From positions 1-64,000 of the forward strand of contig JAWODC010000040.1 in NCBI GenBank assembly GCA_046483495.1: a stretch of 64,000 nt of DNA, in the 5' to 3' direction. The DNA is from Desulfobacterales bacterium. GTDB taxonomy: Bacteria > Desulfobacterota > Desulfobacteria > Desulfobacterales > UBA5616. Every line of letters starts with the position of its first letter. Positions within the stretch are counted from its first letter, which is position 1. Shown one piece after another: positions 48,645-57,354 of this stretch. The notes beneath the pieces are model-generated. The model was not told the origin of the DNA, did no database searches, and saw only the letters and a list, made by a program, of their open reading frames with translations. Both the position numbers and the translations under genes were made by a program.

Positions 48645-48977
48645 ATGGAATCGAACCTTAAAAAAACGAGCATTGATGAGGATTGGGAAAACCGTCAATT
48701 GTGCTCCGACGGCAATTGCATCGGGATCATCGGGCGAGACGGCCGCTGCAGCATCTGCGGCCTGCCGGCCGATGCAGACCCGGCGGACGCACCGGCCGAA
48801 CCGGAATACGAACGGGATGATGCACAGGCACCACGCTGTGAACCGGGGCCCGGCAGTGAAAAAGACGAGACCGCCGTCGATGACTGGGAGAACCGAAAGT
48901 TGTGCAGCGATGGAAACTGCATCGGCGTTATCGGGCCGGATGGCAGGTGTAATGTGTGCGGGAAGCCGGGAAGTTAG
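48645..48977 (+). CDS. Small protein with a duplicated Cys4 module
   Basis: Two copies of DWENR.LCSDGNCIG.IG.DGRC..CG joined by an acidic/Pro linker. Confidence 0.8.
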   Translation: MESNLKKTSIDEDWENRQLCSDGNCIGIIGRDGRCSICGLPADADPADAPAEPEYERDDAQAPRCEPGPGSEKDETAVDDWENRKLCSDGNCIGVIGPDGRCNVCGKPGS

Positions 48978-48978
48978 T

Positions 48979-49112
48979 CAGTGTCCACCCAGAAATGGCT
49001 GATTCACTCCATTTGGAAATTTTAATCCTCAAAATACTAGAGTATTCCTGGGATTAAAATTTCCCAGCCGCCTTGAACTGGAGCAAATTTTCTCATTTCT
49101 GGAAGGGCACTG
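48979..49112 (+). repeat. Hairpin element copy E (TAGTG-type ends)
   Basis: CAGTGTCCACCCAGAAATG...CATTTCTGGAAGGGCACTG; stem GGAAATTTTAATCC/GGATTAAAATTTCC; core CTCAAAATAC-TAGA-GTATTCCTG; CCGCCTTGA. Confidence 0.85.
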
Positions 49113-49158
49113 GTTCGTTGCCCGACTGGAATAGCCGGATGTATGAAATGCGCAGGGA

Positions 49159-49827
49159 CTAAATCCGGTCGATATCATGCATGCCATCATTTTGTTTGAA
49201 TCCGTTGTAGTATTCAAATACCTTTTTCACATAAAATTGGGTGGCTTCAAACGGCGGAATGCCCTGGTATTCTCTAACTTTTCGGCTGCCGGCGTTATAG
49301 GCGGCCAAGGCAAGCTTTGCATCGCCGTCGAATTGGTTCAACAGCTGTTTGAAATATCGCACACCTGCCTCGATATTGGCTTCGGGGTCTGAAAAATTTT
49401 CAATTCCCATCCCCCGGGCGGTGGAAGGCATCAGCTGCATCAGCCCCACCGCCCCCTTTTCAGAAACGGCATTGGGATTGAAGCTGGACTCCGCCCATAT
49501 GATGGCCTTGATCAGCTCGGGTTCGACATTATACTGTTGGGCGGCCTCCTCTATCTTCGGCCAAAAGACCTTTTCAGCCGATTTTCCCCAAACAGAAATC
49601 CATTCGACCTTTCGGACATCCTCGGATTTCGTCGCGGCCGTTTTCGGCGTTGTCGCCTCAATCGCAGCGGGGTAGGGCCGGTCGGGCATTGCCGCCCCAA
49701 CCGCGGGCATATCCGATGCGCCGTGTTCGGGCGGCGCGTATCCGCTGACGACAAAGGCCATCAGAAAAATGTACAAACAGGATATTATAACGAAATAAAC
49801 CTTATCCCTGCGGTGATATTCGTCCAT
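49159..49827 (-). CDS. Lytic transglycosylase (SLT domain), membrane anchored
   Basis: AES, GAVGLMQLMP, AAYNAG. Confidence 0.9.
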   Translation of the reverse strand: MDEYHRRDKVYFVIISCLYIFLMAFVVSGYAPPEHGASDMPAVGAAMPDRPYPAAIEATTPKTAATKSEDVRKVEWISVWGKSAEKVFWPKIEEAAQQYNVEPELIKAIIWAESSFNPNAVSEKGAVGLMQLMPSTARGMGIENFSDPEANIEAGVRYFKQLLNQFDGDAKLALAAYNAGSRKVREYQGIPPFEATQFYVKKVFEYYNGFKQNDGMHDIDRI

Positions 49828-50264
49828 TATCCTTCTCTTGTAATCATTAAAAGAACACATCCCTTTAAAAGCAGTGGGCGACATTAGTGAAATAATTAAC
49901 TTGCGTCAACCCTTTTTTGTATCCATCGGGTTTCCAACCCTTTTTAATAATTCTACTGATTTTTGGATGAAAATGCAATACAGACGTCAAAAATCCTGAC
50001 TTCGCGAAAAAAGGTAGTTTTATTATAGACTTAAATAAAGTATGGCCCGGTGTATCGAGCATCGCAGGTGGATAATCGAAAAACCCTGACGTCATCCTTT
50101 TTACGGGCACGCGGACCAACCCGGGCGGATTTCCCCTTTTAGGGACGCCGGGAATAACGATTTGAAAAATAATCGAAAAACTGCTAATGAAAGAGGTGCT
50201 TCAAAACGCCATCAACACGGCCGCCGATCGTTTTTTCACAAACCGAATAGGTGTGAGAGTCGCC

Positions 50265-51380
50265 ATGATTATCGGAATTCTGAAGGAAATCAAGTCGGAC
50301 GAGAATCGCGTGTCCATGACGCCCGCCGGGGTGGAACTGTTTACGCAATTCGGGCACCGGGTGCTGGTTGAAGAGGGAGCCGGCTTCGGGAGCGGTCTTT
50401 CGGACGCGGCTTACCAAAGCGCCGGGGCTCGGATCGTGGGCACAGCGCAGGAGATTTATGCGAAAGCTGAAATGATCATGCACGTAAAGGAGCCTCTTCC
50501 CTCCGAGTATTCCCTGATCCGCCCCAACCAGATTATGTTTACCTACCTGCATTTGGCGGCGAACCGGGAACTTACCGAAGCTTTACTGCAAAGCGGTTCG
50601 GTGTGCATTGCCTATGAAACCATTCAGGCGGCCGACGGTTCACTTCCGCTGCTTAAACCCATGAGCGAGGTGGCGGGCCGGATGGCCATTCAGCAGGGCG
50701 CCAAGTACCTGGAAATGGAATTCGGCGGAAACGGTACATTACTCGGCGGAGTTCCCGGCGTCGACCCCGGCACTATTGTAGTGATCGGCGGCGGAACCGT
50801 TGGGAAAAACGCCGCTAAGATCGCCTGCGGCATGGGCGCAAAAGTGTATGTGCTGGATAATGATCTTGAACGTATGCGGTATCTTTCCGATATCATGCCC
50901 AAAAACTGTTTTCTGCTCATGTCGACGCCGGCTACTGTTCGTGAACTGCTTCCGGAAGCCGATGTGATCGTGGGTGCCGTACTGATACCCGGTGCAAAAG
51001 CGCCGAAAGTGGTGAAACGGGAGATGCTGCATTTGATCAACAAGGGATCGGTCATGGTTGACGTGTCCATCGATCAGGGGGGCTGTTTCGAAACATCGAG
51101 GCCCACAACTCATAATGACCCGATCTACATTGTTGACGGCGTCGTTCATTACTGCGTTTCCAATATGCCGGGGGCCGTTGCCAGAACATCCACCATGGCC
51201 CTGACCAATGCCACTCTGCCTTATGCACTCGATATCGCCACCAAGGGATGGAAAACGGCATGCCTGGAAAATCCCGAAATCCGGTCGGGATTGAACATTG
51301 TCGAAGGCCGCGTGACCTGCAGGGGTGTTGCAGAAGCATTTAGCAAAACCTATACGCCGGTGGATGAGTTTTTGGCGTGA
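50265..51380 (+). CDS. ald: Alanine dehydrogenase
   Basis: MIIGILKEIK..ENRV, VKEP, FTYLHLA, GGGTVG, DQGGC, NMPGAV. Confidence 0.95.
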   Translation: MIIGILKEIKSDENRVSMTPAGVELFTQFGHRVLVEEGAGFGSGLSDAAYQSAGARIVGTAQEIYAKAEMIMHVKEPLPSEYSLIRPNQIMFTYLHLAANRELTEALLQSGSVCIAYETIQAADGSLPLLKPMSEVAGRMAIQQGAKYLEMEFGGNGTLLGGVPGVDPGTIVVIGGGTVGKNAAKIACGMGAKVYVLDNDLERMRYLSDIMPKNCFLLMSTPATVRELLPEADVIVGAVLIPGAKAPKVVKREMLHLINKGSVMVDVSIDQGGCFETSRPTTHNDPIYIVDGVVHYCVSNMPGAVARTSTMALTNATLPYALDIATKGWKTACLENPEIRSGLNIVEGRVTCRGVAEAFSKTYTPVDEFLA

Positions 51381-51412
51381 TTTTGGAAGCTTGTGAGCAT
51401 AGGACAGCATAG

Positions 51413-52582
51413 ATGAAAAGAGGCGGACCCTCCCTTCTGGCCTGGGCCGAAATCGATTTGGGCGCCATTGCACACAATGTTCTGCAGTTGCGGCGGATTA
51501 CCCAACCGGCGGCCGTCCTCATGACGGCGGTAAAGGCTGATGGGTATGGACACGGCGCCGTTCCGACAGCCAAAACCGCACTGCGGTACGGAGCCGGTTT
51601 TCTGGGCGTCGCCAATGTGGATGAAGCGGTCGCTCTCAGGGAAAATGGTATAAACGCCCCCATTCTGATATTCGGGTATACCTTTCCTGAACGAATCGGC
51701 ACCCTTCTCCAATACGATCTTATTCAATCCGTCTATTCATTCGAAATGGCGCGGCATTTTTCACAAGCCGCAATATCCTGTGGCGGTAAAATCAAAATTC
51801 ACATCAAACTGGATACCGGAATGGGCAGGGTCGGAATTTTATCCTTACCGGAGGGGCGTTGTGACGATGGTCGATATTATCGATCGGTGCTGAATGAAAT
51901 CGTTTCGATCGTATCGCTTAAAGGATGTGCGGTAGAGGGCGTTTTCACCCATTTTGCAACGGCCGACCACTGGGACAAATCGTATGCGGAACAGCAGTTC
52001 GGCTGGTTTATGAATGTGGTGAACGGCATGCAGGCCGAAGGCATTAGACCGCCGATTCTCCATGCGGCAAACAGTGCGGCAACCATGGATATGCCCAACA
52101 CGCACCTGGACATGGTAAGGCCGGGAATAGCCGTTTACGGCCTGTATCCATCCGAACACGTGACCGGCAACATCGTTCTAAAGCCGGCCCTCACGCTTAA
52201 AACCCGGGTGATTCAGGTAAAGGACGTTTTTGCCGGTTTTTCCGTGAGCTACGGGTGTACGTATAAAACCCCTCATCCGACAAAAATTGCGACCGTCCCC
52301 ATCGGATATGCAGACGGTTTCGGGCGGGTGCTCTCATCATACGGGCATATGATGGTGAACGGTCAACGGGCGCCGGTAGTGGGGCGCGTATGCATGGATA
52401 TGACCATGCTCGACGTGGGCCATATTCCCGATGTGGCGGTGGAGGACGAGGTGGTGGTCATCGGGAGCCAGGGATCGGGTAACGTTGCGGCGGAAGAAAT
52501 CGCCGCAAAACTCGGAACCATCAGTTACGAGGTGGTGACTTCCATCGGCCGCCGGGTTCGGCGGGTTTACAAAGATCAGTGA
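51413..52582 (+). CDS. alr: Alanine racemase
   Basis: VKADGYGHG, HIKLDTGMGR, GYADG, GRVCMD. Confidence 0.96.
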   Translation: MKRGGPSLLAWAEIDLGAIAHNVLQLRRITQPAAVLMTAVKADGYGHGAVPTAKTALRYGAGFLGVANVDEAVALRENGINAPILIFGYTFPERIGTLLQYDLIQSVYSFEMARHFSQAAISCGGKIKIHIKLDTGMGRVGILSLPEGRCDDGRYYRSVLNEIVSIVSLKGCAVEGVFTHFATADHWDKSYAEQQFGWFMNVVNGMQAEGIRPPILHAANSAATMDMPNTHLDMVRPGIAVYGLYPSEHVTGNIVLKPALTLKTRVIQVKDVFAGFSVSYGCTYKTPHPTKIATVPIGYADGFGRVLSSYGHMMVNGQRAPVVGRVCMDMTMLDVGHIPDVAVEDEVVVIGSQGSGNVAAEEIAAKLGTISYEVVTSIGRRVRRVYKDQ

Positions 52583-52586
52583 TCAT

Positions 52587-53519
52587 TTATGGGGCGGGCT
52601 TTTCTTCTATCGTACCGTCTTTGAAGACCATTTTCCCCGTGTTTTTGAGGTCGTATCCGGTCAGGGCTCCGGCCATTTCGTGAAATTCCTCTTCATGGAG
52701 CAGGCTTAAAAAAACCTGTACGCCCTTATCGAAAAAACGCTCTTTTCCAATCAACAGGTCATAGCGTTCCCATCGCAGGGGGATAAAATCAAGGTCGAGC
52801 AGTGCGGCGATATATCGAATAGCAGGACCCGCATCGGCCTGGCCGGATAAAATTTCAAATCCTACATCCATGTGCCGGCCGACTTCACGGTAGTATCCGT
52901 CGATGGACTCGCCGGCTATTCCGGATTTCTTCAGTTCCCTGTCGAACAGAAGCCGTGTACCGGTACCGAGCGGGCGATTGACGATTTTGACGTGGTTGCG
53001 GGCCAGGTCCTTGACACCTGAAATGTTTTTCGGGTTTTTCTTTTGGACGATAATTCCCTGCTCGCGAAAACAAAAATTTACGATGGCGGGATCTCTGTCC
53101 AGCTCCCGGGCGGCAAATTCAAAGTTGTAATCCTGATCATCTTCCTGGACCAGATGGCTGGAAGCCATATGGCAGAGATTCCGTCGGAGGGCCCGAACGC
53201 CGCCCATGCTGCCCAGGTTTCCGAATACGGCGATATGATCGGGGTATTTCCTGTTGAATAGCGTAATCGTCTTCTCCAAAAGAGGATCGTTGCTGCCGGT
53301 AATGATCAACAATCCTTCGTAGGGCGGCAGATTGTTGATGGATTCCGGGTAGTTGATGGTATTCGTTTCGATCCATTGCTCCACCAGGTGGCGGGGAAAC
53401 AGCCATTTACCGGTGATCTTCGTCGCAGGCAGCCCTTTTTCCGCGACGAGCGTATAAATCATCTTTTCATTGACATCTAGAAATTGGGCTGCTTCTTTAG
53501 TCGAAAGGAAGGTTTTCAT
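52587..53519 (-). CDS. Transcriptional regulator: excisionase-type HTH plus PBP-like (molybdate-binding-like) domain
   Basis: LSTKEAAQFL...LPATKITGKWLF, GSND, GSMGG, NRPLGTGTR, ERYDL. Confidence 0.85.
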   Translation of the reverse strand: MKTFLSTKEAAQFLDVNEKMIYTLVAEKGLPATKITGKWLFPRHLVEQWIETNTINYPESINNLPPYEGLLIITGSNDPLLEKTITLFNRKYPDHIAVFGNLGSMGGVRALRRNLCHMASSHLVQEDDQDYNFEFAARELDRDPAIVNFCFREQGIIVQKKNPKNISGVKDLARNHVKIVNRPLGTGTRLLFDRELKKSGIAGESIDGYYREVGRHMDVGFEILSGQADAGPAIRYIAALLDLDFIPLRWERYDLLIGKERFFDKGVQVFLSLLHEEEFHEMAGALTGYDLKNTGKMVFKDGTIEEKPAP

Positions 53520-53832
53520 GCCAACGGTTCCTCCTCAAAAACGATCCGACACGATTCGGCGGACAATTACAAACCTGCTGGAGCAGGCGCCGCACAACGC
53601 ACGGGAGTTGTCCAAAATTATAGGTATTCCGGAAAAAGACATCGTCGCGCATCTCCCTCATATTGGTCGATCTGCCTCGGTTTCAGGCAAAAAACTGACA
53701 ATAGTGCCGGCAAAATGTCTATCCTGCGGATATGTCTTTAAAGATCGAAAACGATTTTCACGTCCCGGCCGTTGTCCCGCTTGCAGGAATACGCACATCG
53801 AAGCGCCTTCCTACAGGATCGAACATCGATGA
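53518..53832 (+). CDS. Small HTH plus zinc-ribbon transcriptional regulator (COG3357-like)
   Basis: TIRR..ARELS..GIPEKDIVAHLPHI, CLSCGYVF..RPGRCPAC. Confidence 0.8.
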   Translation: MPTVPPQKRSDTIRRTITNLLEQAPHNARELSKIIGIPEKDIVAHLPHIGRSASVSGKKLTIVPAKCLSCGYVFKDRKRFSRPGRCPACRNTHIEAPSYRIEHR

Positions 53833-53848
53833 TTCGGCCGGTTAAGGA

Positions 53849-54229
53849 TTATTTTTTTTGATACCAGTTCCCCCCGGGATCCTGAAGCCATTCTCCCGGC
53901 TGGGCTGTCTGGGCTATCTGCATAGCCCTTCGGGCCCCGACAACTTCGGCAGTGGTTCCCTGCTGTTCGGCAATGGCCTGGTACACTCGTCTTCTGTCGG
54001 CATTTTCAGCCGCAACCACCTCCTGCTTGGGTTTTTTGTCCGTGAGGTACTCGAGGTATCCGCTGTTATTTTCACCCACGATCCCGTCATTTTTCAGCGC
54101 AAGGATCGTGGGAAGACGCTCGAGCATTCGTTGTTTGATATCAGCGGCACCGGCAAATGCATTCGCTTGTGCCATAAACCCGAGAACAAGCAATATGAAC
54201 AGGACGGTTGAGAAAACACGCATTTTCAT
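53849..54229 (-). CDS. ydbL: YdbL (DUF1318) family protein
   Basis: Signal peptide; GIVGENNSGYL, ENADRR..Y..IA, GEWLQ..G.W. Confidence 0.85.
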   Translation of the reverse strand: MKMRVFSTVLFILLVLGFMAQANAFAGAADIKQRMLERLPTILALKNDGIVGENNSGYLEYLTDKKPKQEVVAAENADRRRVYQAIAEQQGTTAEVVGARRAMQIAQTAQPGEWLQDPGGNWYQKK

Positions 54230-54330
54230 TTCATGCCTCCTTTTTATCGAAATGGACCTGCTTTCGGTGACCTTCAGGCAAATGGAAGGGTGAACTGAAT
54301 TCTTGTTCTTGCCCGGGGTCCTGCATAAAG

Positions 54331-54549
54331 TTATGGGCCTTGCTCCTCTAATTTCGGGTCAATGGTTTGGGCTTTCTGGTCGATGTCGCCGAAGAAATCA
54401 TCCAATGCCCTATCGACCTTGACATTCACATCGATGGTAATGTGAATCGGCTTGACTTCGACGGGAGCCAGTTCAACCCGGTGCCGTGTGCATGAGACAC
54501 TCATGGCTGCAAGCCAGACGGCTGCAACGAAAATAGCTGCTCGTTTCAT
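54331..54549 (-). CDS. ynbE: YnbE-like lipoprotein
   Basis: Lipobox SVSC; KPIHITIDVNVKVD; lies between ydbH and ydbL. Confidence 0.78.
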   Translation of the reverse strand: MKRAAIFVAAVWLAAMSVSCTRHRVELAPVEVKPIHITIDVNVKVDRALDDFFGDIDQKAQTIDPKLEEQGP

Positions 54550-54590
54550 TTCTTTTTCCTCTTTACGATCGGGTCAAATGAACGTATCAC

Positions 54591-57338
54591 TCAGTTTAGC
54601 ATTTTCAATATGTCTCGATAGCGCAAAAGAGCATTCAGAGGCAATCGAAAATTAATGGTCAGATTAACCCCCTGAAATTCGGATCCCTGTTCGTCGGGCT
54701 CCACTTTCACGAATCTACCGACGCTTGGTTCATAGATAAAGGGAAGGGGATCGGTGGGTTTGCCGTTTAGATTGAGCCGCATGATCAGATCCGATTCTTC
54801 GGTGGTCAGCCCCAATGTCGCCCAGTTGTAATCATAGCTTTTTAACACTTCTCTGGCAAGATCCATTTGTGCATGCTCAGGGCTGCCGGGGGGAATGCCT
54901 GCGAGGAGCTTCTCGGTATTGCGAACATGAATGATTCCGCCCTGACCCGGTGTGGAGTATAGAAAACCGTCCTGGACGACTAGACGGCCGTTGATGTATT
55001 GCAGGGGAATCCGCCCGTTTACCGCGCCTTTTCCTTCTGCATCCGCAGCCCCGAACTGGTCAAGCAGCATGGCCAGATCCAGGCGGTCGCAGTAAAGGAT
55101 CGCATCATAGTCCCTTTGATCGCCGGCAATTCGCAGGGCATAGGTATTCACATGCCCGTTGCACCAGTTGAACCCGGCCTTTTCGATCAGCAGCGAATCA
55201 CCGGATTCAATTTGAAATTGTATCACACCTCCATCAACGAAAAAGTCGCCAAAGGCAGCGGATGCAAATTCAAGCCGCTGTTTAGGCGCGGATCTGAATG
55301 CGGTCAGATCCGGAACAGCCAGCCGGGTATGAATACCGCGTATCGTAAGCCCCGCCTCCGGATTTTCAAGTGCGCCATTCTGAACTCCGGCATTCAGGGC
55401 GGCATGGACGCCTTGTGGGGTATAGGAAACCATGCCGGAAACACTGAAACTACCGGAAAACGTAAACCCCTTCGCTGTCGGGATCAATCGTTCCAGGTCC
55501 AGGGGAGCGGATGTCACATAAGGCCGGCTGTGGCAGGTCAGCGAAACGGTCAACATGTCGGAAGTATCGGCAAATTCGGTTTTTCCCGAAAAATCCACCG
55601 TAAATTTCGGCAGCAATGGGTTCACATGGGAACCCTTGAAGCTTACCCCGGGTCCGATTTGCCGCATTGTCCCCGATGCATTCCCCAGTTCTGTTTCGCC
55701 GGAACGGATACGATTGATTGTGAAATTTCCCGATGGTGCGGGGTCGGTGAGGGGCCAGGCGAGCGGAAGTACGACGGATATGCCCGTAAACCCGATCCCC
55801 GAATCCCTGATGTGCGCTTGTGCGTCGAGAACCGTAATCGTTCCGGAACAGTGCCGGTTTGGAGCGGTCGGATTTTCACAGTGCCCTTCGATGGATAATT
55901 CCGGCAGGGTAATTTCCGCCGCCTCGAACTCCAGACGGGATTTTCCCGACGTTAAGGCCAGGCGGATCGTCGGAGTATCCGGAGAGCCAATGGAAAGAGA
56001 GCCTTTAATGTTCAACGACTCGACATTGACGGAAACCGGACCGGACGCTTCGATATGGTCGAGTCCAAGGCTGAAATCGGCTGTTACGCCGTTTTCCGAA
56101 CCGTTTGCCGCAATGGTAAACCGGGGGACGACCGGGCGGATGTGTAGATCACCGATCCATATGTCACCTGTGGAAGCGGAAATCAGCGCTTGCGGAAGGG
56201 ATTCGTTTCCCAATTCGAGAGACCAACCCCCTTCATTGGGGACAGCGAATGAAAAACGGCCGGCCAATTCCGCTGGTGAACGCGCTTCAGGGGATGGGGG
56301 CCTGCCGGGTTGGTCGAAAGACGCCAGAATGTCTCCTTCACCGGTAATGCCGGCGTTTTCAATCGAAAGCGTGCTCGTAATCCGGGACAATTGCACCGGA
56401 ACGGGAGAGGCGATCCGGAGATCGGAAATTTCCAATTGCCAGGCGTTATCGGATTTTTTTTCAAACGAAAGCCGAACGGGAACGGACGGTTTTTCGGCGG
56501 ATTCGGACACGCGTGTGCGAAAGTCACCATAGCGGATGTCCGGATTGTGGATTTCGGCATGTGCCGAAAACATGGCTATGGCAAACGGCGAGAAACGGAT
56601 TCGGGTGGAAACGGAAACGTCGGCTGCGCCCAAAAGGGCGGCATCAGGCGGCAAACCCGCGATCGGAGCAAGAGAACCCAGGGCAAACGCCTGTGAGGCA
56701 AGATGAATCGCGGTCGAACCGTTCTCCAAATCGGCATCAGCCGAAAGGCCGACGGCCTGTCCGAATGGATATGCCCAACCTTTGCAGGAAAGCCGCGTCA
56801 TGTCCGGGGAGCGCGCATCGATGTTCAGACTGAAAGGGATCCGATAGCTTCGGTCCGCTTCGACGCGTATTATTCGGCCGTTGGTAACCCTGATCTGATG
56901 AACATAAAAATCCATGCCCTGATCGGGGGTTTCATTTTCCCGGTGTGAACCGGTCACTTCAGCGTCCAACGGCCATACACCGGGAATGGAAAATGCTTTG
57001 TCGGTTAATTCAGTGACAACGGTAATGCCGTGTATGCGGATTGTTTTGACCCGTTTGCCAAGCACCCCCAGCGGCGAATAATCGATATCCACCGAATCGA
57101 TGACGATACCGGCGTCGGAAGCGGTTCCCATTCGAATATCCGTCAGGTCCGCTCCGAATAATCCAATGTGCCTAACATTACAGGAAAAGCGTTCGATTCC
57201 GGCGGCCTGAACCAGATCCGGAAGGAGGCGCTCCTCCAGGATAAAAGGCGAAACATACCGGAGAACTGCGAAAAATCCGCATGCCGCCACGGCGATCACC
57301 AGCAGCAGAATGGCGATTTTATTATAAACGAAGCGCAT
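54591..57338 (-). CDS. ydbH: YdbH/AsmA-like intermembrane lipid transport protein
   Basis: N-terminal TM, long beta-rich body, C-terminal GAVNGRIP..GG.I motif; upstream of ynbE-ydbL. Confidence 0.8.
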   Translation of the reverse strand: MRFVYNKIAILLLVIAVAACGFFAVLRYVSPFILEERLLPDLVQAAGIERFSCNVRHIGLFGADLTDIRMGTASDAGIVIDSVDIDYSPLGVLGKRVKTIRIHGITVVTELTDKAFSIPGVWPLDAEVTGSHRENETPDQGMDFYVHQIRVTNGRIIRVEADRSYRIPFSLNIDARSPDMTRLSCKGWAYPFGQAVGLSADADLENGSTAIHLASQAFALGSLAPIAGLPPDAALLGAADVSVSTRIRFSPFAIAMFSAHAEIHNPDIRYGDFRTRVSESAEKPSVPVRLSFEKKSDNAWQLEISDLRIASPVPVQLSRITSTLSIENAGITGEGDILASFDQPGRPPSPEARSPAELAGRFSFAVPNEGGWSLELGNESLPQALISASTGDIWIGDLHIRPVVPRFTIAANGSENGVTADFSLGLDHIEASGPVSVNVESLNIKGSLSIGSPDTPTIRLALTSGKSRLEFEAAEITLPELSIEGHCENPTAPNRHCSGTITVLDAQAHIRDSGIGFTGISVVLPLAWPLTDPAPSGNFTINRIRSGETELGNASGTMRQIGPGVSFKGSHVNPLLPKFTVDFSGKTEFADTSDMLTVSLTCHSRPYVTSAPLDLERLIPTAKGFTFSGSFSVSGMVSYTPQGVHAALNAGVQNGALENPEAGLTIRGIHTRLAVPDLTAFRSAPKQRLEFASAAFGDFFVDGGVIQFQIESGDSLLIEKAGFNWCNGHVNTYALRIAGDQRDYDAILYCDRLDLAMLLDQFGAADAEGKGAVNGRIPLQYINGRLVVQDGFLYSTPGQGGIIHVRNTEKLLAGIPPGSPEHAQMDLAREVLKSYDYNWATLGLTTEESDLIMRLNLNGKPTDPLPFIYEPSVGRFVKVEPDEQGSEFQGVNLTINFRLPLNALLRYRDILKMLN

Positions 57339-57354
57339 GGGCTGTACCGTCCAA

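Noticed and set aside
49883..49902. Rex-like operator (TTAGTGAAATAATTAACTTG); similar half-site near 47328
   Set aside because: Only half-site matches
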